A stretch of 64,000 bases of DNA from an uncultured virus (IMG/VR IMGVR_UViG_3300021405_000011) (Duplodnaviria > Heunggongvirae > Uroviricota > Caudoviricetes). The notes below the pieces were generated by a model that saw only the letters and a program-made list of their open reading frames with translations, did no database searches and was not told the DNA's origin. Location: IMG/VR virus record IMGVR_UViG_3300021405_000011. The stretch is one strand, 5' to 3'. Positions 19,278 to 29,891 of this stretch are shown piece after piece. Every line of letters starts with the position of its first letter. The stretch's first letter is position 1. The position numbers and the translations under genes are program-made.

Positions 19278-21514
19278 GAGTACACAGACTATTACTACTA
19301 TTAATGTATATACTATTATATACTAATATAGCTATGGGACAATCCACGGCGACCGTGACTGGCCACCTGATTTATCCCTCTGCCGGTCCTCCCACGAATG
19401 CACAAGTCTGCATGAGTCTCCAAAATTACAAACCAAACGTTCCTAGGATTATCGGAAGCGGAACCATAGTTAGCCAGACAAACTGGTGTATCTCCGTCTC
19501 TACAGTAGATGGCTCCTTCTCCGTCCCTCTCATTCGCAACGACTTCATCGCCCCCAACGGCACCTTCTGGCACATCTCTTACGTTTGGGATAATATCCAG
19601 CAATCGGGAGCCGATTGGCTCATTACTTCCACTCCCTTCAATCTCGATACCCAGACTCCACTTAGTTCCACTATCCCATTGGGTCCAGCTACTATCCTCA
19701 CCCAAAGCTTCCTGTGTTCTATCCCTGTCGCCTCCCTAACGTGGGTTTGTACGCATAACCTAAACGACCCTTACGTTGTGGTTGGTGACCCGTATAATTC
19801 CAGCAACGTTAGAATTTTTCCGGATACCCTTACCAGAACAGACGCGAATACGGTAACAATTACTTGGTTGTCCCCACAGGCGGGGTCCACAACTATCATT
19901 CACGCAGGTTCCCTTAACATTGCCACAAATCAACCAAACGCCGTCATCACGAATCCTTCCAGCAGTCAAACGGTCTCACAGCCATTTACCACCACTGGCC
20001 TTGACACCGCCGCAGGAGGCTTTACCAGTTCCGGTCCCACACAACTGAACGGGACCACGACAGCAGCCAATCCAATTGTCGGCAGCATCACCGGGAACGC
20101 GGGAACAGCCACCATAGCCAATGGCACGACCGGCATATCGACGCTGCTTTGCAAGAGTTTCGAGAATATAACCTGCGTTGACGCGGCCAACTCGCAAGGC
20201 TGGGCAGGCTCGGATTATGGTGCCTGGTTCAACGCCGCCGTTGCCGCCGCGAACGGAGGGGAAGTAATACTTGCTCCTTCTTCCACCCCGGTTAACGTAT
20301 CCACCACGATGTCCGTCACCGCTCCCGTGCATATTCACGGACCAGGCAAAGCCGCGCTCAAAATCAATTGTACGATGAACGCGGATTGCATGAACGTCCA
20401 CATGAGTCCCTTCACTATCTATCTCACCGGCACGGAAATAGAAGGATTTAGTCTTATTGGCCAAGGTACGGCCAATGCAAACGCAGTCGGCGTGCATTGG
20501 GGAGACATTCTTGATGCCCGCTTCGACGACATCGGCATTGATAATTTTCGAGGAGCAAATTCCGCTTGCTCCTGGGGCGACAACATCAACGGGTTCAGCG
20601 AACGCAATCTGTTCACTCACATTGATACCGGACTCGCTCCCGGCGAGCAGAATGGCTGCACTAAGGATTGGAAGTGGACGAACACATCAAACACGGCGCT
20701 GTCTTCCAGTTTTGCCCACAACCATTATGCCTTTAACAAATACAGTATCTTTGACGGGCAGACGGCTTTTTCGTTTGAAGGCGGAAACCACAACGGGCTT
20801 TCAGCTTTCGATTTTACCGGTAACATCAGCACCGGCACGACCGCCATTGTCGGCAGCGTCTCCGGACTGACCTATACCGGCGGGTCTTCCACTTTTCTCG
20901 ACGGGAACATCAACGTCACAGCCGAATGTACGCCTCCTTGCAGCGCAGGAACCCTGCTAAAAACGGTCGGTGCTCAAAACAACGTGTTCATTCGTAGTGG
21001 CGTTGGATTTCTTGATATCTCCGGTTTGTTGACTACCAGTTTCACAGGCAGCGTGGTCCGGGTCCTGAACGACACCTTCAACGGCGCGAATGCCGAATCT
21101 GTCTGGATTATGGGTCAATCATTTTCCGGCCCTTCCAATCCCTACATTTTCAATCCAGCTAATCCAGCGGCTAGTCGGCAGATAGCTATCCGGGACCCGC
21201 TAGGCCCCGCAGCTTTGGCCATGCATCTCAATGCCGCTACCGGTCTCTACCAGAGCAAACGTGGCACTAGCGGGTGTACGACAGCGGCGGCGATAGGCGG
21301 GATATGCGCTACACCAATAACCGTGACATGGACGACTTCATTCCCCGATACAAATTATAGTGCCGGATGTTCAGCGGAAGGAACTCCAAGTAATTCGCCT
21401 TCGCCGCCCTACGTTGCCACAAAAGCCAACGGTTCAATTACTGTAAATTATATGGCCATCACGGCGGTAGCGGCGGCTTGGCCTTCCGTCGATTGTTGGG
21501 CGGTACACGACTAA
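19274..21514 (+). CDS. Signal-peptide-bearing tail fibre/spike protein
   Basis: MRVHRLLLLL...IAMG-Q. N-terminal attachment-like domain, W.C.HNL motif, beta-helix middle, gp53-like C-terminus (VTW...FPDTNY). Confidence 0.7.
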   Translation: MRVHRLLLLLMYILLYTNIAMGQSTATVTGHLIYPSAGPPTNAQVCMSLQNYKPNVPRIIGSGTIVSQTNWCISVSTVDGSFSVPLIRNDFIAPNGTFWHISYVWDNIQQSGADWLITSTPFNLDTQTPLSSTIPLGPATILTQSFLCSIPVASLTWVCTHNLNDPYVVVGDPYNSSNVRIFPDTLTRTDANTVTITWLSPQAGSTTIIHAGSLNIATNQPNAVITNPSSSQTVSQPFTTTGLDTAAGGFTSSGPTQLNGTTTAANPIVGSITGNAGTATIANGTTGISTLLCKSFENITCVDAANSQGWAGSDYGAWFNAAVAAANGGEVILAPSSTPVNVSTTMSVTAPVHIHGPGKAALKINCTMNADCMNVHMSPFTIYLTGTEIEGFSLIGQGTANANAVGVHWGDILDARFDDIGIDNFRGANSACSWGDNINGFSERNLFTHIDTGLAPGEQNGCTKDWKWTNTSNTALSSSFAHNHYAFNKYSIFDGQTAFSFEGGNHNGLSAFDFTGNISTGTTAIVGSVSGLTYTGGSSTFLDGNINVTAECTPPCSAGTLLKTVGAQNNVFIRSGVGFLDISGLLTTSFTGSVVRVLNDTFNGANAESVWIMGQSFSGPSNPYIFNPANPAASRQIAIRDPLGPAALAMHLNAATGLYQSKRGTSGCTTAAAIGGICATPITVTWTTSFPDTNYSAGCSAEGTPSNSPSPPYVATKANGSITVNYMAITAVAAAWPSVDCWAVHD

Positions 21515-24500
21515 TGAAACGACTCCTTCTGTTTCTAATCCTGCCTTCGGCAGTATTTGGCCAAGGGACACAACACGGTCGGATTGTCGCCAATCAATTC
21601 TCGAACACCGGCGCGTTGACGATGACCGGAGCCACGCCAGATGTCTCCCAAGGAAACGTGTTCATCACCGCCAACGGCAGTCCCACGACTGTCACTAATT
21701 TTCTCAATCCCTTCGGCGCTCCCTTTCTCATCATCCTCTGCGGCGATACCAACACGACCTTCGCCAACAACGCCAACATCGTGATGGCCAGCGGGAGTAA
21801 CTTCATCTGTGCCGCGAATCAGAGTATCTCATTCGTCTATAACTCCCTATCGTCCAAGTGGATTCAGAGTTCCAGTGTGGCTGCGGCAGGTGGAGGGGGA
21901 GCGGTATCCAGTGTCTTTGGCCGTACTGGAGCCGTAGTCGCCGCTACTAACGACTACAGCTTCGCACAACTCAGTGGGAATATCTCTGTCTCGCAGATGA
22001 ACAGTGGAACAGGAGCTTCCGGTACGACCTTCTGGCGCGGTGATGGGACATGGGCCACGCCTGCGGGCGGCGGGGGGAGTGGCACCGTCAACAACGCTCT
22101 CCAATTCAGCGTTCCCTACTACTCCACTGCGGGCACCACCAACGTCCTAAGCGGCGTAAACGCTCCCACTGGTCCTAATGGTGTCGCTCAGGCATTCGTT
22201 TCCATTCCCTCTGGCGGTGTTGGGACTACTCCTGCCTTTGCTCTCCCTGGTATGGTCACTCGCCCGGTCACGGGAACCACTTCCACCGATACCATCGCTT
22301 CCGCCGATTGCAGTCCTAAAGTTGTGGAATATCAAGGCAGCGTGGCCGTGGCCGTCACTCTCCCTACAGCCACTACTCTCGCTCTCCCCAACTGTGTCCT
22401 CAGTCTCGTCAATAACACAAGTGGTTCGGCTACCGCTGTCACCGTCACTCCCACAACTTGGACCGTCTCTCCAGGAGGGGCTAGTTTAGTTATCGCCCAA
22501 GGCCAGTCCTGCCGTCTCACTGTGGATACCGTCGTCACCACGCAATGGGACGCGGAATGCCATGATGCACCATTCGTTGCCGGGTCCAATATCACGATTA
22601 CCAGAGGACAGTTCGGACCCACCATCGCAGCCACGGGCGGCGGATTCACGCCAGCCATCAACGGCACTCCACTATCCAGTGCCGGACTAAACCTCCAAAC
22701 GAGTACAACGAACGTTACCGGTCTCATCTGCACGCCAACACTCGTTTCGACCATCAACGTTATTCCCTGTGAGGTCAGCGGAACTATAACTGCCGGTCAC
22801 GTTGCGACGCTGAATCAGAATACGACTGGTACCGCAGCCAACCTTTCCGGCACTCCCGCCCTTCCAAATGGCACGACAGCCACGACGCAATCTCCCGGAG
22901 ATAATACAACTAAACTCGCCACCGATGCCTTCGTGCTCGCCAATTCCTTTACGAATCCAATGACGACCTTGGGAGACATGATTTACGGAGGGTCAGCAGG
23001 AGCCGCCACACGTCTCGCTGGCCCCACGGTCAATGGTTTATATACGGTCACGGAAAACGTTTCCGGCGGCGCGGCTACCGCTGAAACTTTTTCCCTTCCG
23101 GGCGTGCCAGTGGACGCGACGAACCCGGCTACATTGCTATACACTGACCGGGCGAACTACCTCAACTGGACAAGCGGGACAGCGTTGGCTTTACCTGCGG
23201 TAGCTACAAATTTTGCCTCCAACTTCCCATTCGTCATTAAGAACACTTCGACCACACTGACATTGACTCCAAACGTTGGTGCCTCGGACCTGATTGACAG
23301 TGCGGCGTCCGGGACACTCATCCCAAATTTCGCCGCCTTTGTCTATCAGGATTCAACTTCAGCTCCGGGACACTGGTGGACAGTTAAGTTCCCTACCTTT
23401 GCGGCGTTCGGTTCCAATTGCGGCAGCTCCACTCAAGCATTAAGTTGGTCCACCACAACCGGATTCGGTTGTCAGTCCATCACTGGTTCGGCCTCCGCTG
23501 GTGGGTCCAATACCCAAATTCAGTACAATAACTCTACCGCTCTCGGAGGTATCACAAATTTCACGTCAAATGGAACCAATCCTCTTTTGACGGCCATCGT
23601 TGCTCCCGCTGCGCCTGCGGCTGGATTCGATACGCTATATGAAGACTCCACCAATTTACGATTTCACGATATAAACGCCTCGGGAACCATAGGTACAACA
23701 GTCGTAGCCAACACAGGCTCGGCTAACAATTTCGTGACAGCCATCTCGGCAGCGGGTGTCGTTTCTCTCGCTCAGCCTGCATTCACAAACTTGTCCGGGT
23801 CTGCTACTTGCGGTCAACTGCCAGCATTGACAGGTGACGTAACAACATCAGCAGGTTCCTGCGCGACACTCGTCAAACAACCTCACTGGACCGAGACGGC
23901 CATAAATTTCGCATCCTCACCTTATACCGTCTTGGCCGCTGATACGGTCATCACCTGTGACGCCACAAGTGGTGCGGTAGTGATTAACCTTCCCGCGTCC
24001 AGTGGAGGTGGTCGGCAAATAACATTTAAGAAAATAGATTCCACTGCCAACGCCTGTACGCCGACTCGCGCCAGTACGGACCTCATTGATGGACAGACAA
24101 CTTTAAGTCCCGCGCTTACTGTCCAGTATGCCGTTGCGTCTCTTGTGGATACATCGTCGGGAGTTTGGTCCCGAACACACGTTAACCAACTAACTGGTGA
24201 CGTAACAGGTATCAGCACGGCGAACGTCGTGGGAAAAATTAACGGAGGCGCTTTCCCGGCTTCCGCAACCGTTGTCGGTTCCAATTCAAGCTCTCAACCC
24301 ATCGCCGCGACCTTAGCCAATACGGATATTTGGATAGGTACTGCTGGCAACCTCCCCGCACCTTTCCCTGTCACCGGCGACTCCTCCATGACCGCTGGTG
24401 GAGTGATGACGAATACTAAAATTAATGGAACCTCTATTCCAGTGAACTCCGCTGCGGACCAAATTATTAACACAAGCGCCTCCGCAGTTGGCCAGTGGAT

Positions 24501-27500
24501 ATCCCTTCCCAACTGTCCCGATTCAGGAGGGAATCATTTCAATTACACAACAGCCGCGCACACAATCACCTGCGGCACGACCTCCAGTGGCGGCGGAACG
24601 CCAGCCTTCCCTATAACTGTCACTGGAGGAGTCTCCGGAGCCATTCCTTATTTTAGCTCAACGACCGTGGAATCAGTTTCCGCTCTCTTGGCAGCGAATG
24701 CCATTATGACTGGTGGTGGTGTTGGCGCGGCTCCCCAGACGCCTTCAGCTACAGCAATCCTGAGTGCTGGCGGGGCAATGTCACTGCCGAGCACCCTGAC
24801 GGCAACGCAACTTATATCCAACATCGCCATTGGAACGGCACCACTGTCGGTGACTAGCACGACGGTAGTTCCCAACCTGAATGTGTCGCAGTTACTTGGA
24901 AGCACGTGGGCTGTCCCTCCAGCGATAGGCAGCACGACCCCGGCTGTTGGGACATTCACGACGCTCTCCTCCAGCGCCCTTGAAGGTTGCCAGCACGTCA
25001 ACGCGCTCCAATCGTTCGCGCAAGCTCTTACGGCGGTCAGCAATCCAGGTTGTATTGCCATCGACCCCGGCACATACACACTGGCGGCGAATCCAACGGT
25101 TCCAGCGGGCGTCAACCTAATTTCCGAAAGCGGCGGCGTCCTCTCGGTTCCAAACACGGTGACGCTGACGGTCAACGGCGGGTTGGTAGCCCCGCCCGTT
25201 CAAATCATCTCGAACACACCGCAAGTCGCTACCATCACGAACTTTGCCATCACGTCGAACGTTGTTACGTTCCTGGCAACGAACACATTTACCGCTGGTG
25301 AGGTCGTCTACGTCAATGGCTTGACTACGGCAACATATCTGAACGGTTGCGGCCTCATCGTTATCGCGACAGGTCTTTCCGGTTCACAATTCGAGGCCAA
25401 CCTCGTCTCCCCTTGCACCCACGCGAACGTTACATCAACCGCCGATAGCGGAACGGCAACACAGATTCCGATGGTGGTCAGCGGCAGTGTCCAAACGGCG
25501 AACCTCTACCCTCAATGGTGGGGCGCGAAAGGAGATAACTCCACTGACGACACGGCGGCGATTCAGGCATCAGAGGTCGCGGCGATTGCACCGGCTTCCA
25601 CGCAAGTCTTACCCGTTATCTTCCCAAGTGCTAACTATAAAGTCGTATCGGCTCTAATGTGGTCACCTTACGTTCCAGCCGTCGCGCTTGGCAGGGTATT
25701 CCTCAATACGGCGCTGGCTAGTGGAACATTCGTTAGCATCTCGGACCAGTACGGTTCCCCTGCTCCTAATCCCACTGGCATCGGTTCGACGCGCTCGGTC
25801 CCCTTCCGTGGCAACTTCCAATTCCACAACACGAATGCCGCGAACACGACATTCGCTTTCCTTATCGGTGGAACGAGTGCGGCATACACATCATCCGAAT
25901 CGACCCTCGACGGCATCGGCGTTCAAGGATTTCTTAGCGGAGTGTTCGTGTTCGGCTATCGGTCAGTCGGCGTCCATATCACGAACTGCTTTACGCTGAA
26001 CAACGGTGGCCCGCAAATCAGCGTGTTATCGGGAGCCACGGGATTCGGCGAGAGCCTTACGTTCGATAGCTGCATCTTTGGCGAGGATACGGGATTCGCC
26101 ACACCTGGCTATCTCATAAGTTGGAACACCGCGACGGCAGACGACTTCTACTTTACCGGATGCTCGTTCGATTATCTGTTGGGGATTAGTGACCCGGCTC
26201 AGACCGCCGCTCTAACCTCCGTGAACATTTCCGGCGCACACTTCGAGTGGAATGAGACGACTGCTCCTTACATACAGGCAGCAAACGGTATCAACATCAA
26301 GATACTCAATTCAAAGTTTTTTAGTCCTCTTACTACAGGATTCTTTAACCCGTTCGTCGGGAAAGTGACAGGTGCCAGCACGCTATCCATTACGAATGGC
26401 CGCTATGAATTTGGTGGCGTTGCAACGAACTTCTTCGACAACGCCTCGGCTACAGCAGGTAACTTACTCTATCTCGACCTTCAATTGAATTCCTCTACGA
26501 CGCCAACAACTTATTTCACCTTGACTGGTGGCGTCGGCCTTGCGAATGTGGTGTTCGATGGCGTGCCTACTGCCGGAGTATCTACCGTTGACCTCTCTAA
26601 TTACAGTATCGGACTCAGCAACATCTACCTCGGAGGCCATCCTGCGGGAGCGAACGTAGCGCAGTTCCAATTCAACAGCAGCACGGTAGCCGGAGTAGCG
26701 GGAACCAACTACACGCTATTCCGCTCTGGCGTCGCCGCCACGGAAGGCCACTCCTCCACTGGAGATCTAGGCCTCGCAGGTAGATTGGGACTAGCGGAGA
26801 TTGCCGCCCCCACTCCTGTTCTCAGTTCTGAAGACGTCTATGCAGACTCGACGACTCACGCCGTCACTATTCAAGCTCTCGCTCCAGCTTCAGTGGCCAC
26901 GACACCGGGAACAGCCGCTCCTACTGTGTTTGTGGTTCCGGGAGTAACCGGGGGAGCGACGACGAACGCGAGCGGCACGGGTGGTAAGGGATCAACGCCC
27001 TCCATTGCGGGCGGTACCGGCGGCGCTGCCAGCGGAGCCACGGCGAGCACGGGCGGCGCTGGAGGAGATATTCTCCTGCCGGCAGGTAATGGTGGCGCTG
27101 GAGCCGGAACGGGTGTCAATTCCAACGGCGGAAGCATCATCGTCACACCCGGTACACCGGGAACCGGTGGTTCAGGAACAGCAGGCAAGGCAGGTGTGCT
27201 ATCCGTGTTGGGCACTACCGCCGGATTCGTGGGCTTCACGCAAGGTTCGACGAACACTACAGCGAATACGAACATTCCAGCCAATACGATCATCGAGCAA
27301 GCTCCGACTTCGGTTACCGCTTATTCGTTGACTTTGCCAGGTGCGGCGGCCACGGGTTTTCCTATTTGGTCAAATTCTTCTGGAGTTGTGACGGAAAGCA
27401 TTACGACACAATTACAGTTCTCGGCACCCACACTCACTGTTGGTTTAGCGGGCACGAGCAGTGGAATTTTGGCGCTGGCCGGCTCGACGAGCGGCTCTGC

Positions 27501-28158
27501 TACCTTGACGGCTCCAGCGGTTGCCGGTACATCCACAAATCCGATCACGATTTCCAATTCTCTGCAATTGGCCAGTGGGACCGTCTACAACTGGAATGCG
27601 GATACCGGACTCTCGCGCGATGCCGCAGGCGTCGTGGACGTCGGCAACGGGACAGCCGGAAACAGTTCAGCTTTCATTCGCACCGGGAACACGGTTCAAG
27701 TAGCTTCAAACTTCACAACAGCCAGCACATCGCTAGTGACGATCACCGGATTAACTTGGACTCTACCGGCTACGAATCACAATTATTCATTCGTTTGCCA
27801 CGGCTCCTATTCCCAAGCGACGGCTGCCGCGGCTAACTTTTTTGGAATTCAAGCAACAACTACAGCACCCACGAATATTTATGCTGCAGACAGAATAAGC
27901 ACTGGACTTGCAGTTACAGGCGTTGATGGCACGCTGCCAACATTAACCACCACAACCGCTACGAACATTGGCGGTACTGGGTTCACTCCTAGCGCAGCAG
28001 GAGCGATTGGCACCGTGGCCGACATTTTTGTATTTGATATTTGGGGTACGATTGAGCAAGGAGCAGGCGCAACGACATTGAATATTATGGTGCTGACGGG
28101 CAGCGCAAGCGACTCGATTACAATTTACCGAGGAACTTCATGTACGTTGCAACCATAA
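21514..28158 (+). CDS. Giant modular signal-peptide-bearing tail fibre/spike (~2200 aa)
   Basis: TAATG-coupled start MKRLLLFLILPSAVFG-Q. Fibre motifs VSSVFGRTGAV, TFWRGDGTWA, LTGDVT and beta-helix cap WGAKGDNSTDDTAAIQ. Confidence 0.75.
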   Translation: MKRLLLFLILPSAVFGQGTQHGRIVANQFSNTGALTMTGATPDVSQGNVFITANGSPTTVTNFLNPFGAPFLIILCGDTNTTFANNANIVMASGSNFICAANQSISFVYNSLSSKWIQSSSVAAAGGGGAVSSVFGRTGAVVAATNDYSFAQLSGNISVSQMNSGTGASGTTFWRGDGTWATPAGGGGSGTVNNALQFSVPYYSTAGTTNVLSGVNAPTGPNGVAQAFVSIPSGGVGTTPAFALPGMVTRPVTGTTSTDTIASADCSPKVVEYQGSVAVAVTLPTATTLALPNCVLSLVNNTSGSATAVTVTPTTWTVSPGGASLVIAQGQSCRLTVDTVVTTQWDAECHDAPFVAGSNITITRGQFGPTIAATGGGFTPAINGTPLSSAGLNLQTSTTNVTGLICTPTLVSTINVIPCEVSGTITAGHVATLNQNTTGTAANLSGTPALPNGTTATTQSPGDNTTKLATDAFVLANSFTNPMTTLGDMIYGGSAGAATRLAGPTVNGLYTVTENVSGGAATAETFSLPGVPVDATNPATLLYTDRANYLNWTSGTALALPAVATNFASNFPFVIKNTSTTLTLTPNVGASDLIDSAASGTLIPNFAAFVYQDSTSAPGHWWTVKFPTFAAFGSNCGSSTQALSWSTTTGFGCQSITGSASAGGSNTQIQYNNSTALGGITNFTSNGTNPLLTAIVAPAAPAAGFDTLYEDSTNLRFHDINASGTIGTTVVANTGSANNFVTAISAAGVVSLAQPAFTNLSGSATCGQLPALTGDVTTSAGSCATLVKQPHWTETAINFASSPYTVLAADTVITCDATSGAVVINLPASSGGGRQITFKKIDSTANACTPTRASTDLIDGQTTLSPALTVQYAVASLVDTSSGVWSRTHVNQLTGDVTGISTANVVGKINGGAFPASATVVGSNSSSQPIAATLANTDIWIGTAGNLPAPFPVTGDSSMTAGGVMTNTKINGTSIPVNSAADQIINTSASAVGQWISLPNCPDSGGNHFNYTTAAHTITCGTTSSGGGTPAFPITVTGGVSGAIPYFSSTTVESVSALLAANAIMTGGGVGAAPQTPSATAILSAGGAMSLPSTLTATQLISNIAIGTAPLSVTSTTVVPNLNVSQLLGSTWAVPPAIGSTTPAVGTFTTLSSSALEGCQHVNALQSFAQALTAVSNPGCIAIDPGTYTLAANPTVPAGVNLISESGGVLSVPNTVTLTVNGGLVAPPVQIISNTPQVATITNFAITSNVVTFLATNTFTAGEVVYVNGLTTATYLNGCGLIVIATGLSGSQFEANLVSPCTHANVTSTADSGTATQIPMVVSGSVQTANLYPQWWGAKGDNSTDDTAAIQASEVAAIAPASTQVLPVIFPSANYKVVSALMWSPYVPAVALGRVFLNTALASGTFVSISDQYGSPAPNPTGIGSTRSVPFRGNFQFHNTNAANTTFAFLIGGTSAAYTSSESTLDGIGVQGFLSGVFVFGYRSVGVHITNCFTLNNGGPQISVLSGATGFGESLTFDSCIFGEDTGFATPGYLISWNTATADDFYFTGCSFDYLLGISDPAQTAALTSVNISGAHFEWNETTAPYIQAANGINIKILNSKFFSPLTTGFFNPFVGKVTGASTLSITNGRYEFGGVATNFFDNASATAGNLLYLDLQLNSSTTPTTYFTLTGGVGLANVVFDGVPTAGVSTVDLSNYSIGLSNIYLGGHPAGANVAQFQFNSSTVAGVAGTNYTLFRSGVAATEGHSSTGDLGLAGRLGLAEIAAPTPVLSSEDVYADSTTHAVTIQALAPASVATTPGTAAPTVFVVPGVTGGATTNASGTGGKGSTPSIAGGTGGAASGATASTGGAGGDILLPAGNGGAGAGTGVNSNGGSIIVTPGTPGTGGSGTAGKAGVLSVLGTTAGFVGFTQGSTNTTANTNIPANTIIEQAPTSVTAYSLTLPGAAATGFPIWSNSSGVVTESITTQLQFSAPTLTVGLAGTSSGILALAGSTSGSATLTAPAVAGTSTNPITISNSLQLASGTVYNWNADTGLSRDAAGVVDVGNGTAGNSSAFIRTGNTVQVASNFTTASTSLVTITGLTWTLPATNHNYSFVCHGSYSQATAAAANFFGIQATTTAPTNIYAADRISTGLAVTGVDGTLPTLTTTTATNIGGTGFTPSAAGAIGTVADIFVFDIWGTIEQGAGATTLNIMVLTGSASDSITIYRGTSCTLQP

Positions 28159-29891
28159 AGACGAGGGAGTCAATTCAGACTATAAAGAGAGTATGGTTTC
28201 TACTACTGCTTTTCTTATTCCCGATTATCTGCTCGGCGCAGACACCGACGATCATCCAATTTGTCGATAGTGCCTCGAACGCAGGAAATGAAGTCGGTAA
28301 TGATTTCAACATCAACCTCGACGCCATTCCGACGAACGATTGCGTGGTGCTGTTCCTCACCTACAATCACCTCGCGACCGACCCGACGATAACCGATCTA
28401 CAGTCACCGGGCGGCCCCGGCGCGTCCAACCTCGGCACCCAGAACACTTGGACGCTCGCCAAAAAGCAAAGCAACACGGGTAACGGCACTACGAACGACA
28501 GCGCCATTTGGTACACCTTGGGCGGGACGGTAGCCGGAACTCAATTCATTAAGGTTCACTTCGCTTCGACGCTTCTGAACTTCAAGCGCATGGCAGTCGT
28601 GTCCTACAACACGGACTGTACTTTGAAAGGGACTGGCAGCGCTCAGGGGCTCACCGGCCCAACGATGTCGTCCGGTAGCTTCACGCCGTCCGTCAACGGG
28701 ACCCTGATACTAAACTTTGGAATGGACGCGAACGGCGGTTTCCCCGGCAACGCGCCGAACGCCACCGGGTTCACCGCTGGGTCGAGCTTCACTCTGCTTG
28801 AAGGTAACCGTATGGGCTCGGCGCTCATTTCGTGGGCGCAGTTCTTTGTACAGAGCACAGCGGCGGCGATTAACCCTGGTATCACAGTCTCTGGCGACAC
28901 CGACACCGACAACATGGGAGTCTCTGCGGCATTCAATCCCGCCTCGCAAGGGTCGGACTTCGCGGCTGGTATCATCGTCCGTAGCATCTTCCATGTCTTC
29001 CCTGGCGCTACCTACCCACAAACAGTCAATGTGCCGTGTGGATTCGGCAACCCAAATCACTTTATCTTTGTCCATTCCGCTGGGGTCAACCAAGACGCTT
29101 TGACCGGCGTGGTCATCGCGAATCCGACAAAGACTCTGACAAAGCATTCGATCGATGCGAACGACACATCGCAGGTTTATTCCAGCGACGATGGTACTCT
29201 CTCACTTACTAGTACGATGACGACCACCATCAGCGAGACTGGAACACCAAGCGGTGGGGCGCACATGCTCTATTGTGTATCCGGTGCGGCTACATCCCCA
29301 TTCGACACCGTTGCGGGAAATGGCACTACTGTGACTGCGGCCACCACGACAACACAATCCAGGATCGCAACGGATACCACTGTAACGGTAAACACCAACA
29401 CCATCGCCAACAACGATTTTCTTATGTGGGAAAGTGAAATCATTCAGGTAACTTCTGGAGGTGGAACTGGGACACTCACAATTTCTCGTGGCTTGCGAGG
29501 AACCACGGCGGCATCTCATGCGACGACCACTAACCTAGTGGAGACGAACCAGACAAATCTTCCCAGCATTACTCCGTCGACCAAGAATGGACTCATCATC
29601 TTTAGCGCAGCGTTCGGTACTGGGCCTCCAGATAATGGCAGCCCCGGTCCGCTCGACACGATGTTTTATCTGGGCGAGACGGACACAGGCGGCAACGACG
29701 CAGCCGACTACTACAGCCATTACTACAACCCGAGCACGGCGACGGTGAACAATACGATAGTGCTGCACAACAGCGGAAATTTGACAAGCATTAACTATGT
29801 AGGTGTGGCTTACAAAGCTGCACCCATAGGACCACAACCCAATCTTAGTATCGGTGGAAAACTCATCCAAGGTGGAAAGATCGTAAATTGA
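28140..29891 (+). CDS. Signal-peptide-bearing beta-sandwich repeat protein
   Basis: KRVWFLLLLFLFPIICSA-Q with two related T/G-rich beta domains. Start uncertain. Confidence 0.65.
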   Translation: MYVATIKTRESIQTIKRVWFLLLLFLFPIICSAQTPTIIQFVDSASNAGNEVGNDFNINLDAIPTNDCVVLFLTYNHLATDPTITDLQSPGGPGASNLGTQNTWTLAKKQSNTGNGTTNDSAIWYTLGGTVAGTQFIKVHFASTLLNFKRMAVVSYNTDCTLKGTGSAQGLTGPTMSSGSFTPSVNGTLILNFGMDANGGFPGNAPNATGFTAGSSFTLLEGNRMGSALISWAQFFVQSTAAAINPGITVSGDTDTDNMGVSAAFNPASQGSDFAAGIIVRSIFHVFPGATYPQTVNVPCGFGNPNHFIFVHSAGVNQDALTGVVIANPTKTLTKHSIDANDTSQVYSSDDGTLSLTSTMTTTISETGTPSGGAHMLYCVSGAATSPFDTVAGNGTTVTAATTTTQSRIATDTTVTVNTNTIANNDFLMWESEIIQVTSGGGTGTLTISRGLRGTTAASHATTTNLVETNQTNLPSITPSTKNGLIIFSAAFGTGPPDNGSPGPLDTMFYLGETDTGGNDAADYYSHYYNPSTATVNNTIVLHNSGNLTSINYVGVAYKAAPIGPQPNLSIGGKLIQGGKIVN

